From the NCBI RefSeq assembly GCF_044704955.1, contig NC_091995.1, positions 53,382,001 through 53,446,000 on the forward strand: a DNA stretch of 64,000 nucleotides, in the 5' to 3' direction. The position numbers and the translations under genes were made by a program. The notes under the pieces are model-generated. The model did not search any database. It was not told the DNA's origin and was given only the letters and a program-made list of their open reading frames with translations. Below, in pieces: positions 35,301 to 48,314 of this stretch; within the stretch, counting starts at the first letter, position 1, and each line of letters opens with the position of its first letter. The stretch comes from Pristiophorus japonicus (lineage: Eukaryota).

Positions 35301-38300
35301 CTCAGTACTGTCCCTCCCACAGTGCAGCGCTCCCTCAGTACTGCCTCTCCAACAGTGCAGCGCTCCCTCAGTACTGCCCCTCCAATAGTGCAACGCTCCC
35401 TCAGAACTGCCCCTCCTACAGTGCAACACTCCCTCAGTACTACTCATCCCAAAGTCTAGCACTCCCTCAGTATTGCCCCTCCCAAAGTCTAGCACTCCCT
35501 CAGTACTGCCCCTCCCAATGTCGAGCGCTCCCTCAGTACTGCCCCTCCGGCAGTGTGGTGCTCCCTCAGTACTGCCCCTCCAACAGTGCAGCAGCCCTCA
35601 GTACTGCCTTCGGACAGTGCAGTGCTCCCTCATTACTACCTCTCCGACAATGGAGCGCTCCCTCATTACTACCACTCCGACAGTGCAGCACTCCCTCAGT
35701 ACTGCCCCTCCGGAGTGCAGCGCTCCCTCATTATTACCCCTACGACAGTACAGCACTCCCTCAGTACTGTACCTCCGACAGTGCAGCAGTCCCTCAGTAC
35801 TACTCATTCAACAGTGCAAATCTCTCCCAGTACTGCCCTTCCCACAGTGCAGCACTTCCTCAGTACTAACCCTCCGACAGTGCAGCACTCTCTCAGTACT
35901 GCCCCTCCAACAGCGCAGCATTCCCTCACTACTGCCCCTCCGGCAGTGAAGCGCTCCCTCAGTACTGCCCTATCCCACAGCGCAGCATTCCCTCACTAGT
36001 GCCCTTCCGGCAGTGCAGCGCTCCCTCTGTACTGACCCTCCAACAGTGCAGCGCTTCCTCATTACTACCCCTCCGACAGTGCAGCATTCCCTCAGTACTG
36101 CCCCTCCGACAGTGCAGCACTCTCAATACTGCCCCTCTGACAGCGCAGCACTCACTCACGACTGCCCCTCCGGCAGTGCGGCACTCCCTCTGTACTGACC
36201 CTCCAACAGAGCAGAGGCCCTCGGTACTGCCCCTCCGACAGTGCAGCAACTCCTCAGCACTGCCCCTTCGACAGTGCAGCACTCCCTCAGTATTGCCCCT
36301 CTGACAGTGCAGCACTCCCTCAGTACTACCCTTCCGACAGTGCAGCACTCCCTCAGTGCTATCCCTACGCCAGCGCAGAACTCCCTCAGTATTATGCCTC
36401 CTACAGTGCAGCACTCCCTTAGTACTGCCTCTCCAACAGCTCAGCGCTCCCTGAGTACTGCCCCTCCGACAGTGCGGAACGCCCTCGGTACTGGCTCTCC
36501 CACAGTGTAGCGCTCCCTCACTACTGCCCCTCCCACAGTGCAGCACTCCGTCAGTACTACCTCTCCGAAAATACAGTGCTCCCTCAGTACTGCCCCTCTG
36601 ACAGTGCAGTGCTCCCTCAGTATTTTCCCTCCGACAGTGCAGCACGCCCTCAGTACTGCCCCTCAGACAGTGCACCACTCCTTCAGGACTGTCCCTCCGA
36701 CAGTGTAGCATTCCCTCCGTACTGTCCCTCCGACAGTGCAGCACTCCTTTAGTGCTGTCCCTCGGCCAGCGCAGCACTCCCTCAGTACTGCCCCTCCGAC
36801 AGTGCAGCAATCCCTCAATACTGCCCCTCCGACAGTGCAGCGCTTCCTCAGTACTGCCCCTCCGACAGTGCAGCGCTCCATCAGTACTACCCCTCCAACA
36901 GTGCAGCGTTCCCTCAGTACTGTCCCTCCGACAGTGCAGCGCTCCCTCAGTACTGCCCCTCCAACAGTGCAGCATTCCCTGAGTGCTGCCCCTCCGACAG
37001 TGCAGCGCTCCCTCAGTACTGACCCTCCGACAGTGCAGCACTCCCTCAGTACTGCCCCTCCAACAATGCGGTGCTCCCTCAGTACTGCCCCTCTGACAGT
37101 GCAGTGCTCCCTCAGTATTTTCCCTCCGACAGTGTGGCACTCCCTCAGTACTGCCCCTCCGATAGTACGGCGATCCCTCAGTATTGCCCCTTCAACAGTG
37201 CAGCACTCCCTCCGTACTGCCCCTCCGACAGTTCAGCACTCCCTCCGTACTGTCCCTCCGACAGTTCAGCACTCCCTCCGTACTGTCCCTCCGACAGCGC
37301 AGCACTCCCTCAGTACTGCCCCTCTGGCTGTGCAGTGCTCCCTCAGTATTGATCCTCCGACAGTGTAGCGCACCCACACTACTGCCCCTCCGACAGTGCA
37401 GCAATCCCTCAGTACTGCCACTCCGACAGTGCAGCGCTCCCTCAGTATTGCCACTCCGACAGTGCAGCGCTCCCTCAGTACTGCTCCTCTGACAGTGCAA
37501 GGCTCCCTCCAACAGTGCAACTCTCTCTCAGTACTACGCCTCCAACAGTGCAGCGCTCCCTCAGTACTGCCCCTCCGACAGTGCAGCACTCCCTCAGTAC
37601 TGCCCCTCCGACAGTGCAGCGCTCCCTCAGTACTGGTCCTCTGACAGTGCAAGGCTCCCTCCAACAGTGCAACTCTCTCTCAGTACTACGCCTCCATCAG
37701 TGCAGCGCTCCCTCAGTGCTGCCTCACCGACAGTGCAGTGCTCCCTCAGTACTGCCGCTCCGTCAGTGCAGCTCTCCATCAGTACTGCCCCTCCAGCAGC
37801 GTAGCGCTCCCTCAGTAGTGCCCTTCCGCTAGTCCAGCAGTCTCTCACTACTGCCCATCCGACAGTGCAACTCTCAGAGTTGTGCCAATCGGATGGTGCA
37901 GCACTCCCTCACTATGGCCGCTCCGACTGTGTGGCGCTCCCTCAATACTGACCTTCCGACAGTGCAGCGCTCCCTCAGCACTGCCCCGCTGACAGTGCAG
38001 AATTCCTCAGTACTGCCCCCCAACAGTGCAGCGCTCCCTCAGTACTGCCCCTCTGACAGTGCAGCATTCCCTGAGTGCTGCCCCTCCGACAGTTCAGCAC
38101 GCCCTCAGTACTGCCCCTCCCACAGTGCAGCACTCCCTCAGTACTACTCTTCCAACAATGCGGTGCACCCTCAGTACTTACCCTCCCACAGTGCGGCGCT
38201 CCCTCAGTACTGCTCCTCCGACAGTGCGGCGCTCCCTCAGTACTGCCCCTGTGACAGTGCAGCACTCCCTCATTACAGCCCCTCCAACAGTGCAGCGCTC

Positions 38301-38937
38301 CCTCAGTACTGCCGCTCCAAAAGTGCGGCGCTCTCTCAGTACTGCCCCTCCAACAGCACAGCGCTCCCTCAGTACTGCCCCTCGCCAGTGCAGCACTCCC
38401 TCAGTACTGCCCCTCCCACAGTGCAGCACTCCCTCAGTACTACCCCTCCGACAGTGCAGTGCTCTTTCAGTACTGCCTCTCCGACAGTGCAACACTCCCT
38501 CAGTACCACCCATCCCAAAGTCTAGCACTCCCTCAGTACTGCCCCTCCCAAAGTCTAGCACTCCCTCAGTATTGCCCCTCCCAAAGTCTAGCACTCCCTC
38601 AGTACTGCCCCTCCCAAAGTCGAGCGCTCCCTCAGCACTGCCCTGCTCACAGTGCAACACTGCCCCAGTACTACCCATCCGAGAATGCAGTGCTCCCTCA
38701 GTACTGTCCCTCCGACAGTGCGCCGCTCCCTCAGTATTGCCCCTCCGACAGTGCAGCACTCCCTCAGTACTGCACCTCCGACAGTGCGGCGCTCCCTCAG
38801 TACGGGTCCTCTGACAGTGCAAGGCTCCCTCCAACAGTGCAACTCTCTCTCAGTACTACGCCTCCAACAGTGCAGCACTCCCTCAGTACTGTCCCTCCGA
38901 CACTGCAGCGCTCCCTCAGTACTGACCCTCCGACAGT
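32387..38937 (+). repeat. Duplicated satellite block: ~32387-34697 repeated at ~36627-38937 (offset 4240)
   Basis: Identical ORF translations at a constant +4240 offset (32423/36663, 32496/36736, 33653/37893, 33938/38178). Boundaries are approximate. Confidence 0.85.
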
Positions 38938-41900
38938 ACAGCACTCCCTCAGTACTGCCCCTCCGACAGTGCAGTGCTCCCTCAGTACTGCCGCTCCGAC
39001 AGTGCAGCTCTCCATCAGTACTGTCCCTCCAACAGCGTAGCGCTCCCTCAGTAGTGCCCTTCCGCCAGTCCAGCACCCCCTCACGACTGCCCCTCCGACA
39101 GTGCAACTCTCACAGAGTTGTGCCAATCGGATGGTGCAGCACTCCCTCACTATGGCCGCTCCGACTGTGTGGCACTCCCTCAGTACTGCCCCTCCGACAG
39201 TGCAGCGCTCCCTCAGCACTGCTCCGCTGACAGTGCAGAATTCCTCAGTGTAGCCCCTCCAACAGTGCAGTGCTCCCTCAGTACTGCCCCTCCAACAGTG
39301 CAACTCTCCCTCAGCATTGAGCTTCCGACAGTATGGCGCTGCCTCAGTATTGCCCCTCCGACAGCGCAGCACTTCCTCAGTCGTGCCCCTCCGGCAGTGT
39401 GGTGCTCCCTCAGTACTGCACCTCCAACAGTGCAGCAGCCCTCAGTACTGCCCCTCCAACAGTGCAGCAGCCCTCAGTACTGCCCCTCCAACAGTGCAGC
39501 AGCCCTCAGTACTGCCTTCGGACAGTGCAGTGCTCCCTCATTACTACCTCTCCGACAGTGCAGCGCTCCCTCATTACTGCCCCTCCGGAGTGCAGCGCTC
39601 CCTCATTACTACCCCTCCGACAGTGCAGCACTCCCAGTACTGCTCCTCCGACAGTACAGCGCTCCCTCAGTATTGTACCTCCGACAGTGCAGAATCCCTC
39701 AGTATTGCCCCTCCGACAGTACAGCGCTCCCTCAGTACTGTACCTCCGACCGTGCAGCAGTCCCTCAGTACTACTCCTACAACAGTGCAAATCTCTCCCA
39801 GTACTGCCCTTCCCACAGTGCAGCACTCCCTCAGTACTGCCCCTACAACAGTGCAGTGCTCCCTCAGCAGTGCCCCTCCGCCAGTGCAGCACTCCCTCAG
39901 TACTGCCCCACCCACAATGCAGCGCACCCTCAGTACTGCCCCTACAACAGTGCAGTGCTCCCTCAGCAGTGCCCCTCCGACAGTGCACCATTCCCTCAGT
40001 ACTGCACCTCCGACAGTGCAGCACACCCTCAGTACTGCCCCTCCGACAGTGCAGCACTCTCTCAGTACTGCCCCTCCCACAGTGCAGCACGCCCTCAGTA
40101 CTGCCCCTCTGACAGTGCGGCGTTCCCTCAGTATTGTCCCTCCAACAGTGCAGAGGCCCTCTGTACTTCCCCTCCGACAGTGCAACACTCTCTCAGTACT
40201 GTACCTCCGACAGTGCGGCGTTCCCTCAGTACTGTCCCTCCAACAGTGCAGAGGCCCTCTGTACTTCCCCTCCAACAGTGCAGCGCTCCCTCAGTACTGC
40301 CCCTCTGACAGTGCAGCATTCCCTGAGTGCTGCCCCTCCCACAGTGCAGCTCGCTTTCAGTACTGCCCCTCCAACAGTGCAGCGGTCCCTCAGTACTGCC
40401 CCTCTGACAGTGCAGCATTCCCTGAGTGCTGCCCCTCCCACAGTGCGTCGCTCCCTCAGTATTGTCCCTCCCACAGTGCAGCGCTCCCTCATTACTGCCC
40501 CTCTGACAGTGCAGCACTCCCTCATTTCTGCCCCTCTGACAGTGTAGCACTCCCTCAGTACTGCCGCTCCAAAAGTGCGGCGCTCCCTCAGTACTGCCCC
40601 TCCGACAGTGCAACTCTCCCTCAGCATTGGCTTCCGACAGTATGGCGCTGCCTCAGTATTGCCCCTCCGACAGCGCAGCACTTCCTCAGTCGTGCCCCTC
40701 CGGCAGTGTGGTGCTCCCTCAGTACTGCACCTCCAACAGTGCAGCAGCCCTCAGTACTGCCTTCGGACAGTGCAGTGCTCCCTCATTACTACCTCTCCGA
40801 CACAGCAGCACTCCCTCATTACTACCCCTCCGACAGTGCAGCACTCCCTCAGTACTGCTCCTCCGACAGTGCAGTGCACCCTCAGTACTGCCCCTCGAAC
40901 AGCACAGCGCTCCCTCTGTAGTGCGCCTCCGCCAGTGCAGCACTCCCTCAGTACTGTCCCTCCCACAGTGCAGCGCTCCCTCAGTACTACCCCTCCGACA
41001 GTGCAGCGCTCCCTCAGTACTGCCCCTCCAACAGTGCAGCACTCCCTCAGTACTGCCCCTTCTAAAGTGCAGTGCTCCATCAGTACCTCTCCTCCAACAG
41101 CGCAGCGCTCCCTCAGTACTGCCCCTCCCACAATGCAGCACTCTCTCAGTACTGTCCCTCCCACAATGCAGCACTCCCTCAGTACTGCCTCTCCGACAGT
41201 GCAGCACTCCGTCAGTACTACCCCTCCGACAGTGCAGCGATCCCTCAGTACTGCCCCTCCGACAGTGCAGCGCTCTCTCAGTACTGCCGCTCCGACAGTG
41301 CAGCTCTGCCTAAGTACTGCCCCTCCAACAGCGCAGCGCTCCCTCAGTAGTGCCCTTCCGCCAGTCCAGCACTCCCTCACTACTGCTCCTCCAACAGTGC
41401 AACTCACACAGAGTTGTGCCAATCGGATGGTGCAGCACTCCCTCACTATGGCCGCTCCGACTGTGTGGCGCTCCCTCAATATGGACCTTCCGACAGTGCA
41501 TTGCTCCCTCAGTACTGCCCCGCTGACAGTTCAGAATTCCTCAGTACTGCCCCTTCAACAGTGCAGCGCTCCCTCAGTCCTGCCCCTCTGACAGTGCAGC
41601 ATTCCCTGAGTGCTGCCCCTCCGACTGTGCAGCACGCCCTCAGTACTGCCCCTTCGACAGTGCGGCGCTCCCTCAGTATTGTCCCTCCCACAGTGCAGCG
41701 CTCCCTCATTACTGCCCCTCTGACAGTGCAGCACTCCCTCATTACTGCCCCTCTGACAGTGCAGCACTCCCTCATTACTGCCCCTCTGACAGTGCAGCAC
41801 TCCCTCAGTACTGCCGCTCCAAAAGTGCGGCGCTCCCTTAGTACTGCCCCTCCGACAGTGCAGCAGCCCTCAGTACTGCCTTCGGACAGTGCAGTGCTCC

Positions 41901-44785
41901 CTCATTACTAACCCTCCAACAGTGCAGCGCTCCCTCAGTAGTGCCCTTCCGCCAGTCCAGCACTCCCTCACTACTGCCCCTCCGACAGTGCAACTCTCAC
42001 AGAATTGTGCCAATCGGATGGTGCAGGACTCCATCACTATGGCCGCTCCGACTGTGTGGCGCTCTCTCAATACTGACCTTCCGACAGTGCAGCACGCCCT
42101 CAGTACTGCCCCTCCCACAGTGCAGCGCTCCCTCAGTACTGCCCCTTCGACAGTGCGGCGCTCCCTCAGTACTGCCCCTTCGACAGTGCGGCGCTCCCTC
42201 AGTACTGCCTTTGGACAGTGCAGTGCTCCCTCATTACTACCTCTCCGACACTGCAGCACTCCCTCAGTACTACCCCTCCGACAGTGCAGCACTCCCTCAG
42301 TACTGCCCCTCAGGAGTGCAGCGCTCCCTCATTACTACCCCTCCGACAGTGCAGCACTCCCAGTACTACCCCTCCGACAGTGCAGCGCTCCCTCAGTACT
42401 GTACTTCCAACAGTGCAGCACTCCCTCAGTACTGCCCCTCCGACAATGCAGCACACCCTCAGCACTGCCCCTCCGACAGTGCAGTGCTCCCTCAGTACTG
42501 CCCCTCCGACAGTGCAGCACTCCCTCAGTACTGACCCTCCCACAGTGCTGCACTCCCTCAGTACTACTTTTCCGACAATGCGGTGCTCCCTCTACTGTCC
42601 CTCCCACAGTGCGGCGCTAGCTCAGTACTGCCCCTCCGACAGTGCAGCGCTCCCTCAGTATTGTCCCTCCCACAGTGCAGCGCTCCCTCATTCCTGCCCC
42701 TCTGACAGTGCAGCACTCCCTCAGTACTGCCGCTCCAAAAGTGCAGCGCTCCCTCAGTACTGCCCCTCCGACAGTGCAACTCTCCCTCACCATTGAGCTT
42801 CCGACAGTATGGCGCTGCCTCAGTATTGCCCCTCCAACAACGCAGCACTTCCTCAGTCGTGCCCCTCCAGCAGTGTGGTGCTCCCTCAGTACTGCCTCTC
42901 CAACAGTGCAGCAGCCCTCAGTACTGCCTTCGGACAGTGCAGTGCTCCCTCATTACTACCTCTCCGACATTGGAGCGCTCCCTCATTACTACCCCTCCGA
43001 CAGTGCAGCACTCCCTCAGTACTGCCCCTCCGGAGTGCAGCGCTCCCTCATTATTACCCCTCCGACAGTGCAGCACTCCCAGTACTGTCCCTCCGACACT
43101 GCAGCACTCCCTCAGTACTGCCTCTCCCAAAGTGCAGCGCTCCCTCAGTACTGCCCCTTCTAAAGTGCAGTGCTCCATCAGTACCTCTCCTCCAATAGCG
43201 CAGTGCTCCCTCAGTACTGCCCCTCCCACAATGCAGCACTCCCTCAATACTGCCCCTCCGACAGTGCAGCACTCCCTCAGTACTGCCCCTCCGACAGTGC
43301 AGCACTCCGTCAGTACTACCCCTCCGACAGTGCAGCGATCCCTCAGTACTGCCCCTCCGACAGTGCAGCGCTCTCTCAGTACTGCCACTCCGACAGTGCA
43401 GCTCTGCCTAAATACTGCCCCTCCAACAGCGCAGCGCTCCCTCAGTAGTGCCCTTCCGCCAGTCCAGCACTCCCTCACTACTGCTCCTCCAACAGTGCAA
43501 CTCACACAGAGTTGTGCCAATCGGATGGTGCAGCACTCCCTCACTATGGCCGCTCCGACTGTGTGGCGCTCCCTCAATATGGACCTTCCGACAGTGCATT
43601 GCTCCCTCAGTACTGCCCCGCTGACAGTTCAGAATTCCTCAGTACTGCCCCTTCGAGAGTGCAGCTCTCCATCAGTACTGCCCCTCCAACAGCATAGCGC
43701 TCCCTCAGTAGTGCCCTTCCGCCAGTCCAGCGCTTCCTCACTACTGCCCCTCCGACAGTGCAGTGCACCCTCAGTACTGCCCCTCCAACAGCACAGCGCT
43801 CCCTCTGTAGTGCGCCTCCGCCAGTGCAGCACTCCCTCAGTACTGTCCCTCCCACAGTGCAGCGCTCCCTCAGTACTACCCCTCCGACAGTGCAGCGCTC
43901 CCTCAGTACTGCCCCTCCAACAGTGCAGCACTCCCTCAGTACTGCCCCTTCTAAAGTGCAGTGCTCCATCAGTACCTCTCCTCCAACAGCGCAGCGCTCC
44001 CTCAGTACTGCCCCTCCCACAATGCAGCACTCTCTCAGTACTGTCCCTCCCACAATGCAGCACTCCCTCAGTACTGCCTCTCCGACAGTGCAGCACTCCG
44101 TCAGTACTACCCCTCCGACAGTGCAGCGATCCCTCAGTACTGCCCCTCCGACAGTGCAGCGCTCTCTCAGTACTGCCACTCCGACAGTGCAGCTCTGCCT
44201 AAATACTACCCCTCCAACAGCGCAGCGCTCCCTCAGTAGTGCCCTTCCGCCAGTCCAGCACTCCCTCACTACTGCTCCTCCAACAGTGCAACTCACACAG
44301 AGTTGTGCCAATCGGATGGTGCAGCACTCCCTCACTATGGCCGCTCCGACTGTGTGGCGCTCCCTCAATATGGACCTTCCGACAGTGCATTGCTCCCTCA
44401 GTACTGCCCCGCTGACAGTTCAGAATTCCTCAGTACTGCCCCTTCAACAGTGCAGCGCTCCCTCAGTCCTGCCCCTCTGACAGTGCAGCATTCCCTGAGT
44501 GCTGCCCCTCCGACTGTGCAGCACGCCCTCAGTACTGCCCCTTCGACAGTGCGGCGCTCCCTCAGTATTGTCCCTCCCACAGTGCAGCGCTCCCTCATTA
44601 CTGCCCCTCTGACAGTGCAGCACTCCCTCATTACTGCCCCTCTGACAGTGCAGCACTCCCTCAGTACTGCCCCTCCGACAGTGCGGCGCTCCCTCATTAC
44701 TGCCCCTCCGACACTGCAGCACTCCCTCAGTACTACCCCTCCGACAGTGCAGCACTCCCTCAGTACTGCCCCTCAGGAGTGCAGC

Positions 44786-47700
44786 GCTCCCTCATTACTA
44801 CCCCTCCGACAGTGCAGCACTCCCAGTACTACCCCTCCGACAGTACAGTGCTCCCTCAGTACTGTACTTCCAACAGTGCAGCACTCCCTCAGTACTGCCC
44901 CTCCGACAATGCAGCACACCCTCAGTACTGCCCCTCCGAAAGTGCAACACTCCCTCAGTACTGCCCCTCCGACAGTGCAGCGCTTCCTCACTACTGCCCC
45001 TCCGACAGTGCAGTGCTCCCTCAGTACTGCCCCTCCAACAGCACAGCGCTCCCTCTGTAGTGCGCCTCCGCCAGTGCAGTACTCCCTCAGTACTGTCCCT
45101 CCCACAGTGCAGCGCTCCCTCAGTACTCCTCCTCCAACAGTGCAGCGCTCCTTCAGTACTACCCCTCCAACAGTACAGCGCTCCCTCAGAACTGCCCCTC
45201 CAACAGTGCAACACTCCCTCAGTACTACCCCCCCAAAGTTGAGCGCTCCCTCAGTACTGCCCTGCTCACAATGCAACACTCCCTCAGTACTACCCATCCG
45301 AGAATGCAGTGCTCCCTCAGTACTGCCCCTCCGACAGTGCCGCGCTCCCTCTTTACTGCTCCTCTGACAGTGCAACGCTCCCTCCAACAGTGAAACTCTC
45401 TCTCAGTACTACGCCTCCAACAGTGCAGCACTCCCTCAGCACTACCCCTCCGACAGTGCAGCGCTCCCTCAGTACTGCCCCTCCGACAGTGCAGCGCTCC
45501 CTCAGTACTGACCCTCCCACAGTGCTGCACTCCCTCAGTACTACTTTTCCGACAATGCGGTGCTCCCTCTACTGTCCCTCCCACAGTGCGGCGCTAGCTC
45601 AGTACTGCCCCTCCGACAGTGCAGCGCTCCCTCAGTATTGTCCCTCCCACAGTGCAGCGCTCCCTCTGTACTGCCCCTTCTAAAGTGCAGTGCTCCATCA
45701 GTACCTCTCCTCCAATAGCGCAGTGCTCCCTCAGTACTGCCCCTCCCACAATGCAGCACTCCCTCAATACTGCCCCTCCGACAGTGCAGCACTCCCTCAG
45801 TACTGCCCCTCCGACAGTGCAGCACTCCGTCAGTACTACCCCTCCGACAGTGCAGTGCTCCCTCAGTACTGCCCCTTCGAGAGTGCAGCTCTCCATCAGT
45901 ACTGCCCCTCCAACAGCATAGCGCTCCCTCAGTAGTGCCCTTCCGCCAGTCCAGCACTCCCTCACTACTGCCCCTCCGACAGTGCAACTCTCACAGAGTT
46001 GTGCCAATCGGATGGTGCAGCACTCCCTCACTATGGCCGCTCCAACTGTGTGGCGCTCCCTCAATACTGACCTTCCGACAGTGCAGTGCTCCGTCAGCAC
46101 TGCGCCGCTGACAGTGCAGAATTCCTCAGTACTGCCCCTCCCACAGTGTGGCGCTCCCTCAGTACTGCCACTCCGACAGTGCGGCGCTCCCTCAGTATTG
46201 TCCCTCCCACAGTGCAGTGCTCCCTCATTACTGCCCCTCTGACAGTGCAGCACTCCCTCAGTACTGCCCCTCCAACAGTGCAGCAGCCCTCAGTACTGCC
46301 TTCGGACAGTGCAGTGCTCCCTCATTACTACCCCTCCAACAGTGCAGTACTCCCTCAGTACTGCCCCTCCAACAGTGCAGTGCTCCCTCAGTACTGCCCC
46401 TCTGACAGTGCAGCACTCCCTCAGTACTACTCTTCCGACAATGCGGTGCTCCCTCTACTGTCCCTCCCACAGTGTGGCGCTCCCTCAGTACTGCCACTCC
46501 GACAGTGCAGCGCTCCCTCATTACTGTCCCTCTGACAGTGCAGCACTCCCTCAGTACTGCCGCTCCAAAAGTGCAGCACTCCCTCAGTACTGTACCTCCG
46601 ACAGTGCAGCAGCCCTCAGATTTGCCTTCGGACAGTGCAGTGCTCCCTCATTACTACCCCTCCGACAGTGCAGCACTCCCAGTACTACCCCTCCGACAGT
46701 ACAGTGCTCCCTCAGTACTGTACTTCCAACAGTGCAGCACTCCCTCAGTACTGCCCCTCCGACAATGCAGCACACCCTCAGTACTGCCCCTCCGAAAGTG
46801 CAACACTCCCTCAGTACTGCCCCTCCGACAGTGCAGCGCTTCCTCACTACTGCCCCTCCGACAGTGCAGTGCTCCCTCAGTACTGCCCCTCCAACAGCAC
46901 AGCGCTCCCTCTGTAGTGCGCCTCCGCCAGTGCAGTACTCCCTCAGTACTGTCCCTCCCACAGTGCAGCGCTCCCTCAGTACTCCCCCTCCAACAGTGCA
47001 GCGCTCCTTCAGTACTACCCCTCCAACAGTACAGCGCTCCCTCAGAACTGCCCCTCCAACAGTGCAACACTCCCTCAGTACTACCCCCCCAAAGTTGAGC
47101 ACTCCCTCAGTACTGCCCTGCTCACAATGCAACACTCCCTCAGTACTACCCATCCGAGAATGCAGTGCTCCCTCAGTACTGCCCCTCCGACAGTGCCGCG
47201 CTCCCTCTTTACTGCTCCTCTGACAGTGCAACGCTCCCTCCAACAGTGAAACTCTCTCTCAGTACTACGCCTCCAACAGTGCAGCACTCCCTCAGCACTA
47301 CCCCTCCGACAGTGCAGCGCTCCCTCAGTACTGCCCCTCCGACAGTGCAGCGCTCCCTCAGTACTGACCCTCCCACAGTGCTGCACTCCCTCAGTACTAC
47401 TTTTCCGACAATGCGGTGCTCCCTCTACTGTCCCTCCCACAGTGCGGCGCTAGCTCAGTACTGCCCCTCCGACAGTGCAGCGCTCCCTCAGTATTGTCCC
47501 TCCCACAGTGCAGCGCTCCCTCAGTACTGCCCCTTCTAAAGTGCAGTGCTCCATCAGTACCTCTCCTCCAATAGCGCAGTGCTCCCTCAGTACTGCCCCT
47601 CCCACAATGCAGCACTCCCTCAATACTGCCCCTCCGACAGTGCAGCACTCCCTCACTACTGCCCCTCCGACAGTGCAACTCTCACAGAGTTGTGCCAATC

Positions 47701-48314
47701 GGATGGTGCAGCACTCCCTCACTATGGCCGCTCCGACTGTGTGGCGCTCCCTCAATACTGACCTTCCGACAGTGCAGTGCTCCGTCAGCACTGCGCCGCT
47801 GACAGTGCAGAATTCCTCAGTACTGCCCCTCCCACAGTGTGGCGCTCCCTCAGTACTGCCACTCCGACAGTGCGGCGCTCCCTCAGTATTGTCCCTCCCA
47901 CAGTGCAGTGCTCCCTCATTACTGCTCTTCTGACAGTGCAGCACTCCCTCAGTACTGCCGCTCCAAAAGTGCAGCACTCCCTCAGTACTGCCCCTCCAAC
48001 AGTGCAGCAGCCCTCAGTACTGCCTTCGGACAGTGCAGTGCTCCCTCATTACTACCCCTCCAACAGTGCAGTACTCCCTCAGTACTGCCCCTCCAACAGT
48101 GCAGTGCTCCCTCAGTACTGCCCCTCTGACAGTGCAGCACTCCCTCAGTACTACTCTTCCGACAATGCGGTGCTCCCTCTACTGTCCCTCCCACAGTGTG
48201 GCGCTCCCTCAGTACTGCCACTCCGACAGTGCAGCGCTCCCTCATTACTGTCCCTCTGACAGTGCAGCACTCCCTCAGTACTGCCGCTCCAAAAGTGCAG
48301 CACTCCCTCAGTAC
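44786..48314 (+). repeat. ~1.8-kb tandem duplication within the satellite (offset 1856, then 1691, then 1724)
   Basis: ORF pairs 44798/46654, 45225/47081, 45309/47165 (+1856); 46086/47777 (+1691); 46258/47982 (+1724). Boundaries are approximate. Confidence 0.8.
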